This document shows, one piece after another, positions 9,700-18,767 of a DNA stretch of 52,700 bases (its first letter is position 1; each line of letters opens with the position of its first letter). Below the pieces are notes generated by a model, which worked only from the letters and a program-made list of their open reading frames with translations, ran no database searches and was not told where the DNA came from. The position numbers were made by a program, and so were the translations under genes. This stretch comes from an uncultured Coriobacteriaceae bacterium (lineage in GTDB: Bacteria; Actinomycetota; Coriobacteriia; Coriobacteriales; QAMH01), in contig CAYLYJ010000003.1 in the NCBI GenBank assembly GCA_964388185.1, forward strand, positions 1 to 52,700. The letters run 5' to 3'.

Positions 9700-10041
9700 T
9701 TACGCGCCAATAGCCTCGACGGCGGTGGCGTAGGATAGCTTGAGCCTATCAATGACCGGAGCAATCGCATCGTAATCCTGAGCACGCAGCAAAGCGACAA
9801 TCTCAGCCGCATCCGCATAGACCTCGGTCATCGAGAGATTGCTGCTCATGCCTTTGATTTCGTGCATATGCGAGAAAAGGCCATCCCAATCCTTTTGCTC
9901 GAACGCCTCGAGGGATTCGGCATAGTTCGTGTCTTGGGCAAACATCCCGAGCAGGCGCTCGTAGAGCGAATCGTTGCCGGCGCAGCGGCGCAAACCGTCC
10001 TCATAGTCGATTCCCGCAGCCTGGAGCTTTGCTATGTCCAT
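9700..10041 (-). CDS. Stand-alone Hpt phosphotransfer protein
   Basis: GIDYEDGLRRC..., HEIKGMSSNL (HxxKG phospho-His motif); all-helical, about 113 aa. Confidence 0.85.
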   Translation of the reverse strand: MDIAKLQAAGIDYEDGLRRCAGNDSLYERLLGMFAQDTNYAESLEAFEQKDWDGLFSHMHEIKGMSSNLSMTEVYADAAEIVALLRAQDYDAIAPVIDRLKLSYATAVEAIGA

Positions 10042-10298
10042 TTTCTCACCCGCAATCACGCGATGGGACAGTTACGAACTTGCCTCGTCATTCTATACCA
10101 TCAGCTCGATGCCAAACCGACATCTCCCTCTGCGCATGGACAAGCGGAGGCGTAAGCCATTGCCAGCGCCATCCATAGGGCAAATCATGGTGAAATTGTC
10201 GGGAATACGCCGAAAGCTTGTGCACTCGACACGATGCTGCTTAAATCTTTAGCTCAAAAGCACAATGCATATCACCAACCAAGACTTTAGGTAAAAAC

Positions 10299-11375
10299 AT
10301 GGAAGAATCTCTGAACCGCAGATCGTTTCTGGGCGCCGCACTCGTCGGTGGATTGGCGGGGCTCGCGAGCCTTGTCGCCACACCCCAGGCAAACGCAGTT
10401 ACGAGCGCTGAGAAACGCGCCGAAGTGCAAGCTGCAAAGGCTCGCCTCGATTCGATGACCTCGCAACTCGAGCAGACTGTCTCCCAGTTCAATGCCGCCC
10501 AGGACGCCTACGATGCGGCGGCGGCCAAAGTCGCGGAATGCCAGGGCAAGATTGACGAGGCGACGGCCAAGATCTCGTCACTGCAAGGACGACTCGGCAA
10601 CAGGGCGACGGCCATGTACCGCGAAGGCGCTACCTCATATCTTGACGTTCTCATGGGCTCGAGTTCCTTCGATGATTTCGCGAGCACCTGGGATATGCTC
10701 GACCAGCTCAACGCCGATGATGCGACACTCGTCAACGAGGCAAAGGAAACGAAGGCCCAACTCGATGCCGCCAAGCAGGAGCTTGATGCCAACGAACAGG
10801 CCGCACAGGCTGAACTCGATAACCAGGCGACACTCAAGGCCTCCATCGAGGCCCAAGAAGCAGCCTACCAGGCCGAGTACAACAGCTTGAGCTCCGAGTA
10901 CCAGCAGCTCATATCACAAGAGCGCGAGGCGGAAGCCCAGCGCCAGGCAGCTGCATCGGCGGCATACACCCCCTCGATGTCGAACCCCTCCTCGGGTTCA
11001 GGCAGTTCCGGTGGCGGCGGATACAGCTCCGGTTCGAGCATTCCCTCACACGGCTCGGTCGTCGACTACGCAGTGTCACGCCTTGGTTGTCCCTACGTAT
11101 GGGGTGCCTCGGGTCCCAACACGTTTGACTGCTCTGGCCTCACCATGTGGTGCTACGCTCAAATTGGCATTAGCCTCCCCCACTACGACCGTTCGCAATA
11201 CGCCGCGGCGCGCGCTCGGCTTAACCCGAGTGACGCGGCCCCAGGTGACATATTGTGGCGTCCAGGTCATGTGGCAATCTCCACTGGAGGTACGAACTAC
11301 ATCCATGCTCCGCACACGGGAGCCGTCGTGAGCTACGGAAGCGGCGGTAACTGGGTGTGCGCCCTGCGCTTCTAG
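10299..11375 (+). CDS. Coiled-coil + NlpC/P60 peptidoglycan endopeptidase with twin-arginine signal peptide
   Basis: NRRSFLG, hydrophobic stretch and ANA cleavage site; long coiled coil; Ser/Gly linker; LGCPYVWGA, FDCSGL, GHVAI and YIHAP. Confidence 0.92.
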   Translation: MEESLNRRSFLGAALVGGLAGLASLVATPQANAVTSAEKRAEVQAAKARLDSMTSQLEQTVSQFNAAQDAYDAAAAKVAECQGKIDEATAKISSLQGRLGNRATAMYREGATSYLDVLMGSSSFDDFASTWDMLDQLNADDATLVNEAKETKAQLDAAKQELDANEQAAQAELDNQATLKASIEAQEAAYQAEYNSLSSEYQQLISQEREAEAQRQAAASAAYTPSMSNPSSGSGSSGGGGYSSGSSIPSHGSVVDYAVSRLGCPYVWGASGPNTFDCSGLTMWCYAQIGISLPHYDRSQYAAARARLNPSDAAPGDILWRPGHVAISTGGTNYIHAPHTGAVVSYGSGGNWVCALRF

Positions 11376-11543
11376 GCATCTCCGAATGTGAAGGTTTCGA
11401 GAAGAAACTGTCGAGGAACCGTACAGATGATGTGTCGCGCATGAGAAGAATGCGCGTGATGTCATATGAACCGCTACCATACTGCAGCAACCCGTCAAAT
11501 TCGGGCAAACCGGTAACCGAGCCATTAACATGCACACCGAAGG

Positions 11544-12254
11544 ATGACTATGTCACGCCCCATATCACGCGTCTTCATCACCGTAGCCGCGTTCCTCCTG
11601 AGCCTCGTATTCGCCCTGATCACGTTGCTTTGTCTCACTCCCACTGCTCACGCAAACGAAACAGAGCTTTTCTCGCAGAAGATCTCCTCAGCGCTTTCCA
11701 TCGAATCGTCCGCACTGTCGGAGCAAATCTCGAACGCTCTTGCCGATGGCGTCATTTCTGCAAAGCAACAGGCCTTTGCGGATGAATCACGCGCGGGCGA
11801 CTTCTACTTTGCCCAGAACGGCTCGGGGCGCTGCACCATCACCTCTGTTGCGATGATGGTACGCCGCGCCGCCTTCCTCGATGACAGAGCCGACTGGCAA
11901 GACGTCAGCCTTGACTCGGTCACAAGCGATGGCTGGTCTTCCGCTGGTGTGAAATGGCACTTTGCGACGAGCGGCTACGAAATCGGCATCATCGATGTCA
12001 CCGGCAACGCCGATTCGCTGCGTGGGTTGCTCGAGCAGCATCCCGAAGGCATCGCCGCCTACGATCCAAGCGTTCCCCACGCCGTTTTGCTCACCGACTA
12101 TGACGAGGAAAGCGACACCTTCTACTGTGCTGATCCCGCCAACTACTACGCCGGCTCGCGTATCCCGCTTGCCGAGTCGTGGAACGGCGCATGCCGCGGC
12201 AAGAGCCAAGACAACGTAATCGCCGGCTTCTCACGCGCGTGGGTGATTCAGTAG
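11544..12254 (+). CDS. Secreted protein with C39-like (papain-fold) cysteine peptidase domain
   Basis: Sec signal ending AHA; Q-x5-C (QNGSGRC), PHAVLL and YCADP catalytic-type motifs. The family assignment comes from motif pattern only. Confidence 0.65.
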   Translation: MTMSRPISRVFITVAAFLLSLVFALITLLCLTPTAHANETELFSQKISSALSIESSALSEQISNALADGVISAKQQAFADESRAGDFYFAQNGSGRCTITSVAMMVRRAAFLDDRADWQDVSLDSVTSDGWSSAGVKWHFATSGYEIGIIDVTGNADSLRGLLEQHPEGIAAYDPSVPHAVLLTDYDEESDTFYCADPANYYAGSRIPLAESWNGACRGKSQDNVIAGFSRAWVIQ

Positions 12255-12623
12255 CAAAAGCGGGCCTATAAGCCGGGTTCTGTCATTCAAGACGATCATT
12301 TATCTACGAGCGCCGTTGCCGACGTCCTCTAGCAGGCAACCCGGATGCGAGCCGGGCCAGCTCATGGCATCCCTATTTGCCCTTGCTCCGGATGGGGTTT
12401 GTCAAGCCGCCACGTTACCGTGACGCTGGTGCGCTCTTACCGCACCGTTTCAGCTTTTCTCCACGCGTTGCATGGGGAGTCTTCTTTTCTGTGACACTAT
12501 CCGTCGGGTCACCCCGCCCGGCCGTTAGCCGGCATCCTGCCCCGCGGAGCCCGGACTTTCCTCATCACCCTAAGCCCCTCCATACGAAGGGGCGGGTGCC
12601 GCGATCGTCCAGCCCGCTTTTGC
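12254..12623 (-). ncRNA. rnpB: RNase P RNA (bacterial type A)
   Basis: Minus strand contains GAGGAAAGUCCGGGCUC, CAGAAAAGAAGAC, GAAACGGUGCGGUAAGAGCGCACC, AAACCCCAUCCGGAGCAAG and ACAGAACCCGGCUUAU. The termini (GCAAAAGCGGGC/GCCCGCUUUUGC) pair as P1. Confidence 0.97.
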
Positions 12624-12630
12624 GCGCTTG

Positions 12631-12636
12631 ATTATA
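12631..12636 (-). promoter_or_regulatory. -10 element of rnpB promoter
   Basis: Perfect TATAAT 7 nt upstream of the P1 5' end. Confidence 0.65.
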
Positions 12637-12698
12637 GCGAACGAAGAGTGGCAAAAAGGGAGATTTCCCGTCTCGTGCAAAATCAGGCAAAGACACAC

Positions 12699-12727
12699 AT
12701 GTGTCAGGGGTCAGGCCCCTGACACAT
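12699..12727. repeat. REP-like palindrome, copy A1
   Basis: ATGTGTCAGGGG-TCAGG-CCCCTGACACAT, a 12-bp perfect stem. A near-identical copy lies at 35618-35646. Confidence 0.8.
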
Positions 12728-12735
12728 CGAGGCAT

Positions 12736-12781
12736 GAGGACGCTTCGTGTAGCGATCGTCGAAGCGGAGCGGAGCGTCCTC
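12736..12781. repeat. Hairpin carrying repeat motif B1 (AGCGATCGTCGAAGCGGAGCGG, 12751-12772)
   Basis: Stem GAGGACGCTTC/GGAGCGTCCTC. The 22-nt motif recurs with one mismatch at 37248-37269. Confidence 0.7.
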
Positions 12782-12806
12782 TTGCTTCGAAATCCCCTTC
12801 CCCACG

Positions 12807-13061
12807 TTAAGTATCTATGCTCACTGAGTCGGGAACCTCGAACATCTTGTGACGACTCGTCTCACCGCGTACGCAAGTGACGGAACTTTTGGGGACATCA
12901 AAGAAGGAGGCGATCAGAGCGATCGCCTCCTTCGTCGCCTTGCCTTTTTCCGGAGCTGCCTTGACCTTCACTTCGAGCTCGCGCTGGCCATCAGCTCCAT
13001 CGCGCCATCCGATGACCTCACCGCGCCCGGACTTGGGCGTGACGTGCACGGGCAAGCGCAT
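12807..13061 (-). CDS. DUF167/YggU-family protein
   Basis: VHVTPKS...VKVKAAPEKGKA...GETSRHK; located after divIVA. Confidence 0.88.
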   Translation of the reverse strand: MRLPVHVTPKSGRGEVIGWRDGADGQRELEVKVKAAPEKGKATKEAIALIASFFDVPKSSVTCVRGETSRHKMFEVPDSVSIDT

Positions 13062-13072
13062 ACGATGCTCCC

Positions 13073-13891
13073 CTATTCACCATCTTCAGGCACGATGGAG
13101 GGAATGTTGATCTGCGGAATCTGCTGAGTCGTAAGACGCGGCAGATCATCTTCCTCGATGGTGGGAACCGAAGGCTCACTCGTGCGCACGGAGCGCATGT
13201 CAATCTTGGGAAGCTCAGCTTCGACTTGGGCCTCGGTCACGCCCTGGGTGGAGAGGTTACTGAACTCCTCCTTGGCATGGGCCGTAAAACGCTCGAGCAT
13301 GTCGAGATATTGCTCACGGAACTTCTGCGAATACTCGCTGAGTGCCTTGATCTCGTTGTCGATAGCTGCCTTTTTGGCCAGGGATTCGCGAATGAACTCG
13401 CGTGCCTTCGCCTCGGATTCGTGATAGATGCGGTCACCCTCGATGCGCGCGTCTTCTTTGATTTGCGCAGCGCTGCGCTGTGCGGCGATGAACGCCTCGG
13501 CGATGGCATTGTCGAGGCTCTTCTTCTCATCGAGCTGCTCTTGCATGGGACCGAGCTTTGCCTCGGCATCATCGGCACGCTTGTTCGCGGCAGCAAGACG
13601 ATCCTGAATGATCTCGAGCTCGCTTCGCAGCTCGCGCTCGACGAGATTTGCCTGCTCGAGCTCGGAGGGAACCGCAACCGAGGCAGCGCTTGCCTCGGCG
13701 AGCTCTCCGCGCGTCTGGCCAAGCTCTTCCTTAGCCTCCTTGAGTTGGGACTCCAGGTCGGCAATCTGCTTGTTCATCGCGTCGACTTCATTGGCGACAC
13801 GCTCGAGAAAGACATCGACCTGTCCAACATCATACCCACGCAGTGCGTGCTCGAAACCCACTTCCTGGATGTCCTGCATAGTGATGGCCAT
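13073..13891 (-). CDS. divIVA: DivIVA family cell division/polar growth protein
   Basis: ITMQDIQEVGFEHALRGYDVGQVDVFLE N-terminal domain followed by coiled coils. Confidence 0.92.
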   Translation of the reverse strand: MAITMQDIQEVGFEHALRGYDVGQVDVFLERVANEVDAMNKQIADLESQLKEAKEELGQTRGELAEASAASVAVPSELEQANLVERELRSELEIIQDRLAAANKRADDAEAKLGPMQEQLDEKKSLDNAIAEAFIAAQRSAAQIKEDARIEGDRIYHESEAKAREFIRESLAKKAAIDNEIKALSEYSQKFREQYLDMLERFTAHAKEEFSNLSTQGVTEAQVEAELPKIDMRSVRTSEPSVPTIEEDDLPRLTTQQIPQINIPSIVPEDGE

Positions 13892-13907
13892 GTTTAATCT
13901 TCCTTTC

Positions 13908-14186
13908 CTACAGGAGCGCGGCGATGAGCCGGCCCACCAGTTGCACGACGATAATCGCGAAAATCGGGCTTATGTCAAGCATTCCGCCAATAGGCGGAAT
14001 TATACGCCTAAAGATATTGAGGAATGGGTCGCAAATGCGGCCAAGGGCGCGATAGATGTCTCCAACCCAACCGGACTCATGGTTGGGAAGCCAGCTCATC
14101 AAGATATAGATGAGGATGACGGCAACGTAGATGTCGCAGATACCGAGCAGGAGCGAACGAAGAAAGACGAGTGTCGACGAGATCAT
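13908..14186 (-). CDS. YggT family membrane protein
   Basis: ILMSWLP...ICDPFLNIFRRIIPPIGGMLDISPI. Confidence 0.92.
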   Translation of the reverse strand: MISSTLVFLRSLLLGICDIYVAVILIYILMSWLPNHESGWVGDIYRALGRICDPFLNIFRRIIPPIGGMLDISPIFAIIVVQLVGRLIAALL

Positions 14187-15010
14187 GCGCCCAGCTCCTT
14201 TGAACGACGTGCGGCAGCGATGACGCCATCTTGCAATGCCTCTTGCACGCCGCGAGCGCGCATAGCATCGAGAGCAGCGACGGTCGTACCCCCGGGACTG
14301 CTCACCGCGTCGATTGCATCGGGCAGGCTTTGACCCGTCTCGGTAATGAGAAGCGCCGTTCCGAGCATGGTCTGCATGACGAGCTCGAGCGCGTCATCGT
14401 AGCACATGCCAAGCTCCGTCGCGCTCTGGGCGATGACCTCGGCGAATAGCTCGAAATAAGCCGGTCCCGAACCACTCACGGCGCAGACAATGTCCTGTTC
14501 GGACTCATCCACGATGATGGCATGTCCCATGCTGGCGAACAGCGAGCGCACGAGCTCGCAATCCGAGGCGCTTGCGGACGACCCGGCGCTCACCGCTGAC
14601 ATGCCGGCTCCGCATACGAGCGGCGTATTGGGCATGACACGCACAACGGGAACATCCGCGCCGAGCATGGAGGCAAGCTTGTCTGTTGACACACCTGCAG
14701 CGATGGATACGACGAGTGTGGAGGCATCGATGCCAGCGGCCACGAGCGAGGCGCATGCATCGGGAATCTTGTTGGGCTTAACCGCCAGGATGACGCAGTG
14801 CGCGGGCATACCGGACGCGGCGTCCTCGACCGTGCGAACGCGAAGGGTGCGTTCGATATGCGCACGCTTCTCGCTACTGGGATTGGCGATGGTCAACATG
14901 CTAGTAGACATACCGTCAATACGGAGTATGCCCTGAGCGATGGCCTGACCCATGCGACCACCGCCTACGATGAGCACCGTCTTGAATTCGTTGGCTATGG
15001 TGTTTTCCAT
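14183..15010 (-). CDS. proC: Pyrroline-5-carboxylate reductase
   Basis: GGGRMG, LAVKP, RVMPNTP, SGSGPAY and VSSPGGTT. Confidence 0.95.
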   Translation of the reverse strand: MENTIANEFKTVLIVGGGRMGQAIAQGILRIDGMSTSMLTIANPSSEKRAHIERTLRVRTVEDAASGMPAHCVILAVKPNKIPDACASLVAAGIDASTLVVSIAAGVSTDKLASMLGADVPVVRVMPNTPLVCGAGMSAVSAGSSASASDCELVRSLFASMGHAIIVDESEQDIVCAVSGSGPAYFELFAEVIAQSATELGMCYDDALELVMQTMLGTALLITETGQSLPDAIDAVSSPGGTTVAALDAMRARGVQEALQDGVIAAARRSKELGA

Positions 15011-15016
15011 CTTGCC

Positions 15017-15823
15017 CTAACGTGCGTTATCGTCTTCCATCTTCAGGACGTCTTGCGCGATGAGGTACTCGCGATCCTCGTCGCTCAGAGGCTCGGAGCT
15101 CTTCGAAATCACGAAGACGCGCTCTGCCGCCTTGCCGACGTTGAGGTTGAGCGCGCTTGCGACACCAAACGAGAAGTCAAGGATGCGCTTGGCAAGCGAG
15201 GCCTTGGTGTCAACGACGTTGAGAATGACGATCTTGCCTGCCTTGGCGGCATTGGCGACCTTCTCGATGTCGGCATAGGCCTTGGGGCATACGATCTCGA
15301 GACGACCAGCAGGGTCGCCTTTGATCTTGAGGAAATCGGAACCGAGTGACGCGTACGGGTCGCGGCTCTGGCGCGCCGGAGCCGGCGAATCGAGAAATGA
15401 CGGATCCTGCGGAGCAGACCAGGTGGGCTCGCCCACCGAGCGCGACGAATCGCGCCTGGACGCGGAGGTGCCAATATTCCTGCCATACGAACTCGATGAG
15501 GAGCGCGAAGAGGAATAGCCACGCGCACGTGCCGAGCTATCGAGACTGTCGTAGGAGGCGACGCGCGGTTTGCGGTCAGACGATAGCGTCACATGCTCGA
15601 AATTACTGGGATTATAGGAATCAAACGAGATAACCTCGTTGCGACGACTGGTGCCGCCACGCCTGTCATCTATGCCCGTATCTCCATAATCATCGTACTC
15701 GTCGTCGTACATGACGTCATCTTCGTAGTACTCGGCCTCGTCGTCAGCCCATTCCGGTTTTCCGCCAAATCCGAGCCGGTCCTTCATACCGCCCAAAAGA
15801 CTCATAGTCAGTGCCTCGCTCAT
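15017..15823 (-). CDS. sepF: Cell division protein SepF
   Basis: N-terminal amphipathic helix, disordered linker, and C-terminal PKAYAD...AKRILDFSFG domain; located after yggS. Confidence 0.88.
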   Translation of the reverse strand: MSEALTMSLLGGMKDRLGFGGKPEWADDEAEYYEDDVMYDDEYDDYGDTGIDDRRGGTSRRNEVISFDSYNPSNFEHVTLSSDRKPRVASYDSLDSSARARGYSSSRSSSSSYGRNIGTSASRRDSSRSVGEPTWSAPQDPSFLDSPAPARQSRDPYASLGSDFLKIKGDPAGRLEIVCPKAYADIEKVANAAKAGKIVILNVVDTKASLAKRILDFSFGVASALNLNVGKAAERVFVISKSSEPLSDEDREYLIAQDVLKMEDDNAR

Positions 15824-15853
15824 ATGAAACAGGCACCTAGGTACAAGCCGACG

Positions 15854-16549
15854 CTAGAGTGCCGTGAAGTTATCGTCAAAAATCCTTCTACCGATGCGAA
15901 CCATGGTGGCGCCTTCCTCGATTGCCACGGGGTAGTCTTCTGACATACCCATCGATAGTTCGCTCATGGAAATACTATCACGCTCATCGCAATATTTTGA
16001 CATCATCTGGCTTAAGTTTTGCAAGCCGGCAAATGTTTTTCGGGCAATATCCATATCGCCTTGTGGAGCCATGGTCATGAGCCCCTTGCAGGCGACATGC
16101 TCGCATTGCGCGATGCGCTCGAGGAAGGCGGGAAGATCGTCGGGGGATATGCCACCCTTGCTCTTCTCACCCGAAACCGAAACCTCTACGAGCACGTCTT
16201 GGATGCAATCGATGTTCTCTGCCGCCTTCTCGATGGCATCGAGAAGCGAGCTGCGATCGAGCGAGTGGATGAGATGCGCCTTGCCGACGACATGGCGTGC
16301 CTTGTTGGATTGCAACGTTCCAATGAAATGCCAGCGCGCCTGGGGGTACAAGGCGACCTTCTCGTTGAAGGGTTTGTCACGGTTCTCGCCGAAATCCGTC
16401 ACACCGCATGCGATGGCTTCGCCGACGACAGGAGGCTCGACCGTCTTGCTCACGGCGATGATCTTCACGTCTTGCGGGCTTCTGCCGCAACCCATACATA
16501 TATGTGCGACATCCGCACTAGTTTCGTTCCAACGCTTCTCCAGACTCAT
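15854..16549 (-). CDS. yggS: YggS-family PLP homeostasis protein
   Basis: IAVSKT, FGENR, WHFIGTLQSNK, GLMTM, LSMGMS and VRIG. Confidence 0.95.
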   Translation of the reverse strand: MSLEKRWNETSADVAHICMGCGRSPQDVKIIAVSKTVEPPVVGEAIACGVTDFGENRDKPFNEKVALYPQARWHFIGTLQSNKARHVVGKAHLIHSLDRSSLLDAIEKAAENIDCIQDVLVEVSVSGEKSKGGISPDDLPAFLERIAQCEHVACKGLMTMAPQGDMDIARKTFAGLQNLSQMMSKYCDERDSISMSELSMGMSEDYPVAIEEGATMVRIGRRIFDDNFTAL

Positions 16550-17412
16550 ACTTCCTCTTTTCGAATGGCGAACGCCGCATGCCGACCCGTGACACCGCGA
16601 TCGGCTCGATACGAATAGTACTCGTCATGGTGGCATGAGGTACAGAGGTTCGCGTGCACGATTCTTTGCGTCGACGCTCCCGCGCTCACGAGCGAAGCTG
16701 TAACGGCTGCCGCAAGGTCGAGATGTCCATCACCTGCATCACAGCTCTCACCAAATTCAGCAACAAATTGCCTAATGAGCTCATCGGCAACTTTATAGCA
16801 ACAAGAACCGATGTGCGGACCAATATAGCAATTTATTGCCGAAATTGGGCAGCATATTGCATTTTGTAATCTGCGTAATCCGATGCCGGCAATCGAGGCG
16901 ATGGATCCACGCCATCCGGAGTGAATGACAGCAAAGGATCCGTCTGGCGCAACGAGTATCACCGGCACGCAATCTGCGAAGCACAGCAGCACCGGAACAT
17001 CTTGCTGCGTGCACACGATACCATCCGCCCCTTGCGCCGCACGCTCTTGTGCTTCGGCAATCTGTCTAATTTCGATGATCTCACTACCATGAATCTGAAA
17101 CGGAGAAACTAGACATGAGGAATAATTATGGGCACCAAGCGCCTCGCAAAGCCGGGCCCTGTTGACGTCGACCGAGTCGACGGTATCGTCCACTGCATAC
17201 GAGAGGTTGAGGGAGGCATACGGGGCCTTGCTCACTCCCCCAGCGCGTGAGGTGAACGCAATCCGTGTGCCGCACGCCTCGAAGAGCGCCTCATCGGTCA
17301 AGACGGGCAACACGAATCCGTCACCATAAAAGGAACTCTCCGCCAACCGCGGCAGCGGCAGGCGGAGAGTCTCATCTGCATTCATGCGAGACGTGTAAGC
17401 CTCGGCAGTCAT
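16546..17412 (-). CDS. pgeF: PgeF/YfiH-family peptidoglycan editing factor / purine nucleoside phosphorylase
   Basis: SRAGGVS..PYASLNL, QIHG, ADCVPV, HSGWRG, GPHIG..CY and YSYR; located after ftsZ. Confidence 0.92.
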   Translation of the reverse strand: MTAEAYTSRMNADETLRLPLPRLAESSFYGDGFVLPVLTDEALFEACGTRIAFTSRAGGVSKAPYASLNLSYAVDDTVDSVDVNRARLCEALGAHNYSSCLVSPFQIHGSEIIEIRQIAEAQERAAQGADGIVCTQQDVPVLLCFADCVPVILVAPDGSFAVIHSGWRGSIASIAGIGLRRLQNAICCPISAINCYIGPHIGSCCYKVADELIRQFVAEFGESCDAGDGHLDLAAAVTASLVSAGASTQRIVHANLCTSCHHDEYYSYRADRGVTGRHAAFAIRKEEV

Positions 17413-18500
17413 TAGTAGCGACTGCGCTTGAGGAAGTCAGGGATATCGTCGTCGAAGGCGGGCGTGAGGCTATCCTCGGCGGCAGAGGCAGCAAAGGTCT
17501 GGCTCACGCTCGGCTTGCCGCCAAGATCCATACTCGCCTGTTGCTCGGTACCGTCGAAGCCCGTAGCGATGACGGTGACGCGAATCTGATCGCCCATGGA
17601 CTCGTCAATGACGGTGCCGAAGATGATGTTGGCGTCCTCATCGGCCGCGGAATTGATAATCTGGGAAGCCTCGTCGATTTCTTGCAGGCTCATGTCGCTG
17701 CCGCCTGTGATGGAGTACAGAATGCGGTCAGCACCAACGATGGAAGACTCGAGGAGCTTGGAGGAGATGGCCTCTTTGGCGGCATCCGCCGCACGGTTCT
17801 CGCCCGAGGCGATGCCGATGCCCATCATGGCCGAGCCAGCGTCCTTCATGATGGCACGGACATCAGCGAAGTCGAGGTTGATGAGACCGGGAATCGTGAT
17901 GAGATCCGTGATACCCTGGGTGCCCTGACGCAGAATGTCATCGGCGATGCGGAAGGCATCGAGCATGGACGTGCGCTTCTCGATGACCTGAAGCAGTCGA
18001 TCGTTGGGAACGACGATGAGCGTGTCGACCTTCTGGGCGAGCAGGGCGACGCCTTCCTCGGCCTGGTTCATGCGCTTGCGCCCTTCAAAGCCGAAGGGCT
18101 TGGTGACGACGCCAACGGTGAGCGCTCCGATCTCTTCCATGGCAATCTCTGCCACGACGGGAGCGGCGCCCGTTCCCGTTCCGCCGCCCTCGCCCGCTGT
18201 GACGAAGACCATGTCTGCCCCTGCGAGCGCATCGCGGATATCGGCACGGGACTCCTCGGCGGCCTGAGCGCCAATCTCTGGATTGGCTCCGGCACCAAGA
18301 CCACGAGTGAGCTCCTCGCCGATGTGAACCGTGCGGTCCGCATCGGACATGAGCAACGCCTGCCTATCGGTATTAATGGCTATGAACTCGACGCCCTTGA
18401 CGCCGGCTTCAACCATGCGGTTAACGGCATTCGTGCCACCACCGCCAACGCCGACCACCTTGATTACGGCGAGATGGTCTGATCCTGTGTACTCGGGCAT
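17412..18500 (-). CDS. ftsZ: Cell division protein FtsZ
   Basis: [24 protein letters not shown] tubulin motif, INLDFAD and C-terminal DIPDFLK. Start at MPEY after an AGGAAGG RBS. Confidence 0.98.
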   Translation of the reverse strand: MPEYTGSDHLAVIKVVGVGGGGTNAVNRMVEAGVKGVEFIAINTDRQALLMSDADRTVHIGEELTRGLGAGANPEIGAQAAEESRADIRDALAGADMVFVTAGEGGGTGTGAAPVVAEIAMEEIGALTVGVVTKPFGFEGRKRMNQAEEGVALLAQKVDTLIVVPNDRLLQVIEKRTSMLDAFRIADDILRQGTQGITDLITIPGLINLDFADVRAIMKDAGSAMMGIGIASGENRAADAAKEAISSKLLESSIVGADRILYSITGGSDMSLQEIDEASQIINSAADEDANIIFGTVIDESMGDQIRVTVIATGFDGTEQQASMDLGGKPSVSQTFAASAAEDSLTPAFDDDIPDFLKRSRY

Positions 18501-18767
18501 GTCAGTCCTTCCTACGTTTAAGGAATCTTCGTCATCGGTCAAGATTCCTTTTTGTGCTCCATTTAGTCTGCTTAACAGTCGGAAATTAGTCCAGACAAGT
18601 ATACACTTCGTGCAAAGTAACGCCACGGTATCAAGCATTTTTTAGGTAAAAATCGCATGATTTTCTCTATATATTCTAGCCAAATCTAGTGATTTGAATA
18701 ATTTATTCCAACAAAGACCTTTCGTCCTAAAATGACCACCATTCTCCCGTAAATGGTCAGCAAGCGC

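Noticed and set aside
10177-10220. GGGCAAATCATGGTGAAA...GCCGAAAGC resembling a c-di-GMP-I riboswitch near the EAL gene
   Set aside because: The stem around GAAA does not pair and the GACGCAAAG motif and second stem are missing. A cmscan hit to Rfam c-di-GMP-I would be needed.
11490-11525. GGGCAAACCGG upstream of the C39-like gene as a possible riboswitch
   Set aside because: No GAAA tetraloop or receptor and too short; only a weak hairpin.
12377-12631. 84-aa ORF and neighbouring small ORFs
   Set aside because: They overlap rnpB antisense or the repeat hairpins and have no coding support.
12699-12781. CRISPR-like reading of the 29-nt palindromes
   Set aside because: The copies are 23 kb apart, not arrayed with spacers, and no cas genes are present.
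18501-18767. Missing ftsA between ftsQ and ftsZ
   Set aside because: Normal for actinobacteria, which use SepF. The gap is an AT-rich promoter region with no ftsA remnant.
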